Positions 29,560 to 32,463 of a DNA stretch of 32,463 nucleotides are shown here, one piece after another. Both the position numbers and the translations under genes were made by a program. The stretch lies in the NCBI GenBank assembly GCA_004524535.1, contig SDNY01000032.1, positions 1 to 32,463 of the forward strand, read 5' to 3'. The stretch is from Promethearchaeota archaeon (GTDB lineage Archaea > Asgardarchaeota > Lokiarchaeia > Sigyniarchaeales > SOKP01). Positions within the stretch are counted from its first letter, which is position 1. Every line of letters begins with the position of its first letter. A model generated the notes under the pieces. That model ran no database searches and was not told the DNA's origin. It worked only from the letters and a program-made list of their open reading frames with translations.

Positions 29560-29625
29560 ATCTGATTTCATCCATTTCAACTTACTTATGAAATCATCCT
29601 TTGATATTTTACTTAATTTATTTTT
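29560..29625 (-). repeat. Degenerate duplicate of the 5' end of the coiled-coil gene
   Basis: TCTGATTTCATC..TTCAACTTACTTAT.AAATC.TCCTTTGA.ATTTT matches about 29405..29474 and encodes ISKDDFISKLKWMKSD versus MSKEDFISKLKKMKSD. Confidence 0.8.
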
Positions 29626-29648
29626 CTATATGGGTGAAATTTGTTTGT

Positions 29649-30557
29649 TTATTTTATAATAAGACCAGAAAAGTATCCCACCGAATATTCACAGGGTCCA
29701 GTGCCCCCTCCTTTATCGTAAGACATATAATACTTTAAGGCTTTATTTTTACATTGATTATTAGTTAATTTATTACAAATTAGCATTAACGATGTAATCG
29801 TTTGTGGTCCACATACTGAGGTATTTTGAGCGGTTTTAAAAGTCTTTTTCGGGTCACCCTCTACAAATGCATCTATAACCGCTTGATCTTTTTTACGCAT
29901 ATCATCTAAATCATTTTTTGGATTTGAAATGTTTCTAGGCTGTTTATGTGTCATATCAGAAGATGCTACAATAACGCAATCTTTTTCACAAGATTTAATC
30001 GCATTTGAGATATCTGTTGATAATTTTTCCATCGTTTCATAATTTTTCGAAGAAATTTTTATTGGAACTATTTTAATATCTTTATCTTGAGCACAATATT
30101 TAATAAATGGTAATTGAACCTCTATGTTGTGCTCTCTCCCAAAAGGAAAACCTATAAATGCCGAATTGTCTGAAATAATTATGTCACTATTTTTAACAAT
30201 TTCCTTTGATAATTCTGAATCTATACTTAAATTTCCTAATGGCGTTTCCCAGATTCCTTCTTCCATCAAACCGACTTTTCCATACCCTACATGATCGGTA
30301 CCTAACACTATAACTGTATCAGGAATTTTTTCTTTAAATAAATTTAAATAAGTAAATGCCGAAGCACATCCTGAATAAATATATCCTGCGTGAGGAGATA
30401 CTCCACCAATATTAGTTCTTTGTTCTTGGTTTAACGTACTAAATTCCTTTCCAGGACCAAAATCTTTATTTAAGAAAGATTCGTTTAGGATTCTAAGTAA
30501 ATCTGGTTTATATCGTGGATAAAAACTTCCTGCGACTGCAGCTTTTCTTACAATCAA
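29649..30557 (-). CDS. MEMO1-family protein (AmmeMemoRadiSam system protein B)
   Basis: RKAAVAGSFYP, SPHAGYIYSG, WETPLG, EHNIEVQLPF, VASSDMTH, SVCG and SVGY. Confidence 0.95.
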   Translation of the reverse strand: MIVRKAAVAGSFYPRYKPDLLRILNESFLNKDFGPGKEFSTLNQEQRTNIGGVSPHAGYIYSGCASAFTYLNLFKEKIPDTVIVLGTDHVGYGKVGLMEEGIWETPLGNLSIDSELSKEIVKNSDIIISDNSAFIGFPFGREHNIEVQLPFIKYCAQDKDIKIVPIKISSKNYETMEKLSTDISNAIKSCEKDCVIVASSDMTHKQPRNISNPKNDLDDMRKKDQAVIDAFVEGDPKKTFKTAQNTSVCGPQTITSLMLICNKLTNNQCKNKALKYYMSYDKGGGTGPCEYSVGYFSGLIIK

Positions 30558-30772
30558 TTTTTTTCTATTATTTTATGTATATAATATTAAAATTATTCAC
30601 TTAGTAATTTAAATAATTTCATATTAAATAAAGAGATTGCAGATTCATTATTTTAAATCAGACATTGATATTTAGACCAAAAAGGCTATTATATTGAAAA
30701 ATTCACATATTTGAATAAATAAAAGTTCTTAAGTTATTCAAAGGGTTAATAAATTATCCAAGATAATTCTAC

Positions 30773-31378
30773 TTGATGGAAAAAAAGGAAAACATTCAGA
30801 TTTCGCTTGATGATATAAACGAAGATGATATACCAGCCAAGATTCCAGCTAAATTTATTAATTCGAGAATTGTTATTTTTAATCCTCTTTATGCCTCTTA
30901 CTTATATGTGAAGGAAAAGTTTTTTGGCTCTCCCCTTGGAATAAGTAAGCCCCGTTTAGAATATTTCCATAAACCTTCAGAGTTGTCTGTTATTGAGGCT
31001 TATTACCTATTAGAAAAAGGTAAGATTACTATTTTTGATGTTAAAAGAGAGAAGGATCTTAATGCTAAGGAATTTTTTGAAATTGCCAAACAAATACACC
31101 ATAAATTTGAGGAAAAATACGTAATTTATAAAGATTTAAGAGAAAAAGGATATATTCCTCGACCAGGGTTGAAATTTGGAGCAGATTTTGTAGTATATAA
31201 GAAAGGCCCCGGATTAGAACACTCTCCCTTCATTGTACACGTATTACCTCATGATTCTAAAATTAGTGCAATTGATATGGTCAGAGCTGGCAGATTAGCT
31301 ACATCAGTTAGAAAAAAATTTGTTATCGCAAATCCCCAAACTATAAACTACTATTTCTTTACGTGGTTTAAGCCGTAA
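30773..31378 (+). CDS. endA: tRNA splicing (intron) endonuclease, catalytic subunit
   Basis: ELSVIEAYYL, VIYKDLREKGY, GLKFGADFVVY (Tyr), GPGLEHS (His) and RLATSVRKK (Lys): catalytic triad intact. Confidence 0.95.
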   Translation: MMEKKENIQISLDDINEDDIPAKIPAKFINSRIVIFNPLYASYLYVKEKFFGSPLGISKPRLEYFHKPSELSVIEAYYLLEKGKITIFDVKREKDLNAKEFFEIAKQIHHKFEEKYVIYKDLREKGYIPRPGLKFGADFVVYKKGPGLEHSPFIVHVLPHDSKISAIDMVRAGRLATSVRKKFVIANPQTINYYFFTWFKP

Positions 31379-31396
31379 ATATTAAGAAAAAGAATA

Positions 31397-32035
31397 TTAT
31401 TGATATATCAGAACTCTTATTAAATCTGCTATATCGTGAATACGATCTGAGAGTTCTTCTAATATAATAATACTGTCACGAATTCTTAGAACCTTTCTAA
31501 CATCCAAATCTTTATTATCATATATATAATTTAAACAATCTCGATATAATGCATCAATATCATTTTCGATTTTATGAATAGTTGTAGTATTATCCAAAAC
31601 AACTTTAGGATTATCTCGTAGATTTTTAATGGTTGTTTTAAGCACATCTGCCATTTTAATGATCTTATTTATAAATTTATCATATTTTTTTTTCATCTCA
31701 TCATCTATCTTGAAATCTAAGTAGGTTAAAATATCGACAAATTCGAGGGCACTATTTATAACATTGTCCATCCTTAAAACGAGCGCTACATAATCCCCTA
31801 ATCCTCCCGTTTGAGCTCCAACTTCTGCAAACTCTTGAATTACCCGTATTTTGATCTGATCTCCATCTTCCTCAGATAATATCATTTTTGTGTGTTTCTT
31901 CTTAAGCATGTCTTTATTTTTTTCGTAATTCTCTGCCCAACTGGAATAAAAGACGCCCATATCGCTAATTACGGAGTATATTATTCGAGAATGATCAATG
32001 AGCATGGTAATTATTTGTTCTTTAATTTTATTCAT
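31397..32035 (-). CDS. DUF47 / PhoU-like phosphate transport regulator family protein
   Basis: SEEDGDQIK, IENDIDALYR and LEELSDRIHDIADLI form a tandem helical PhoU-like repeat. Confidence 0.8.
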   Translation of the reverse strand: MNKIKEQIITMLIDHSRIIYSVISDMGVFYSSWAENYEKNKDMLKKKHTKMILSEEDGDQIKIRVIQEFAEVGAQTGGLGDYVALVLRMDNVINSALEFVDILTYLDFKIDDEMKKKYDKFINKIIKMADVLKTTIKNLRDNPKVVLDNTTTIHKIENDIDALYRDCLNYIYDNKDLDVRKVLRIRDSIIILEELSDRIHDIADLIRVLIYQ

Positions 32036-32197
32036 CAGTAACCATTACTTTTTTTTTAATTCTGCTTTTTAATATAATTTATATTTAAAAAAATAAAAAT
32101 AATATATTTTTTATAGGATTTAATTACATAATTTATTTAGTATAATTATACATTAAATCTTTGTGATGTTAAAAAAAGATAATATTGAGGGTAAAAA

Positions 32198-32463
32198 CTG
32201 GGTAAATTTAAAACTTATAACGAAATAACGGGTTACGCAAAAATAGCCAGAAGATATTTTGTAAATAACTTCTATGATGGAATGCTAACGTCGTTGGGCT
32301 TGCTTTTGGGATTCTTTGTAATTCTTCTTAGTAAACCTAGCCAACCTATCCAATCTAATTATGTTATTTTAACAGGATTAAGTACTTCAATTTCTATGCT
32401 TATCTCAGGAATTTCAGGGTCATATCTTTCTGAAAGGGCAGAACAGAAAAAAGGATTAAAAGA
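32198..32463 (+). CDS. VIT1/CCC1-family membrane transporter, 5' part (truncated by window end); probable CTG start
   Basis: Manual translation (M)GKFKTYNEITGYAKIARRYFVNNFYDGMLTSLGLLLG..GLSTSISMLISGISGSYLSERAE. In-frame TAA two codons upstream of the CTG; GAGGG at 32187..32191. Confidence 0.8.
   Translation, partial: MGKFKTYNEITGYAKIARRYFVNNFYDGMLTSLGLLLGFFVILLSKPSQPIQSNYVILTGLSTSISMLISGISGSYLSERAEQKKGLK

Noticed and set aside
30652-30700. TTTAAATCAGAC...ATTGAAA resembling an archaeal CRISPR repeat (also ATTGAAAT near 5861)
   Set aside because: Single partial matches with no periodic repeat-spacer array and no cas genes.

Overview
AT-rich archaeal genomic segment, most likely Asgard archaea (Lokiarchaeia-like). 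The call rests on two multidomain Arf-family GTPases, an LRR protein, a VWA+RING protein, a V4R protein, archaeal RadA, CdhA, an MtrH-like protein and a tRNA splicing endonuclease. The window also holds a glycogen/NDP-sugar cluster (GalT-like, NDP-sugar pyrophosphorylase, GH57 branching enzyme, degenerate PMM). The main observation is that two unrelated protein-coding genes, cdhA (minus strand) and a multi-pass membrane protein gene upstream of radA (plus strand), are each broken by a 30-nt in-frame insertion containing a stop codon. The two insertions differ in sequence but share one architecture: A + 9-bp stem/5-nt loop + 4 nt pairing with the upstream exon + AA. This is bulge-helix-bulge (BHB) geometry. 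Cutting at the standard BHB positions restores the conserved CdhA motif (YMP-ICDMCCLC), and a relaxed register restores a 223-aa membrane protein. The splicing endonuclease in the same window carries a crenarchaeal-specific-loop-like insertion, linked in other archaea to relaxed substrate specificity. I infer endonuclease-spliced mRNA micro-introns, which has not been tested. Three genes also appear to use non-canonical start codons (ATC, CTG, possibly ATT), and there are several local duplications.
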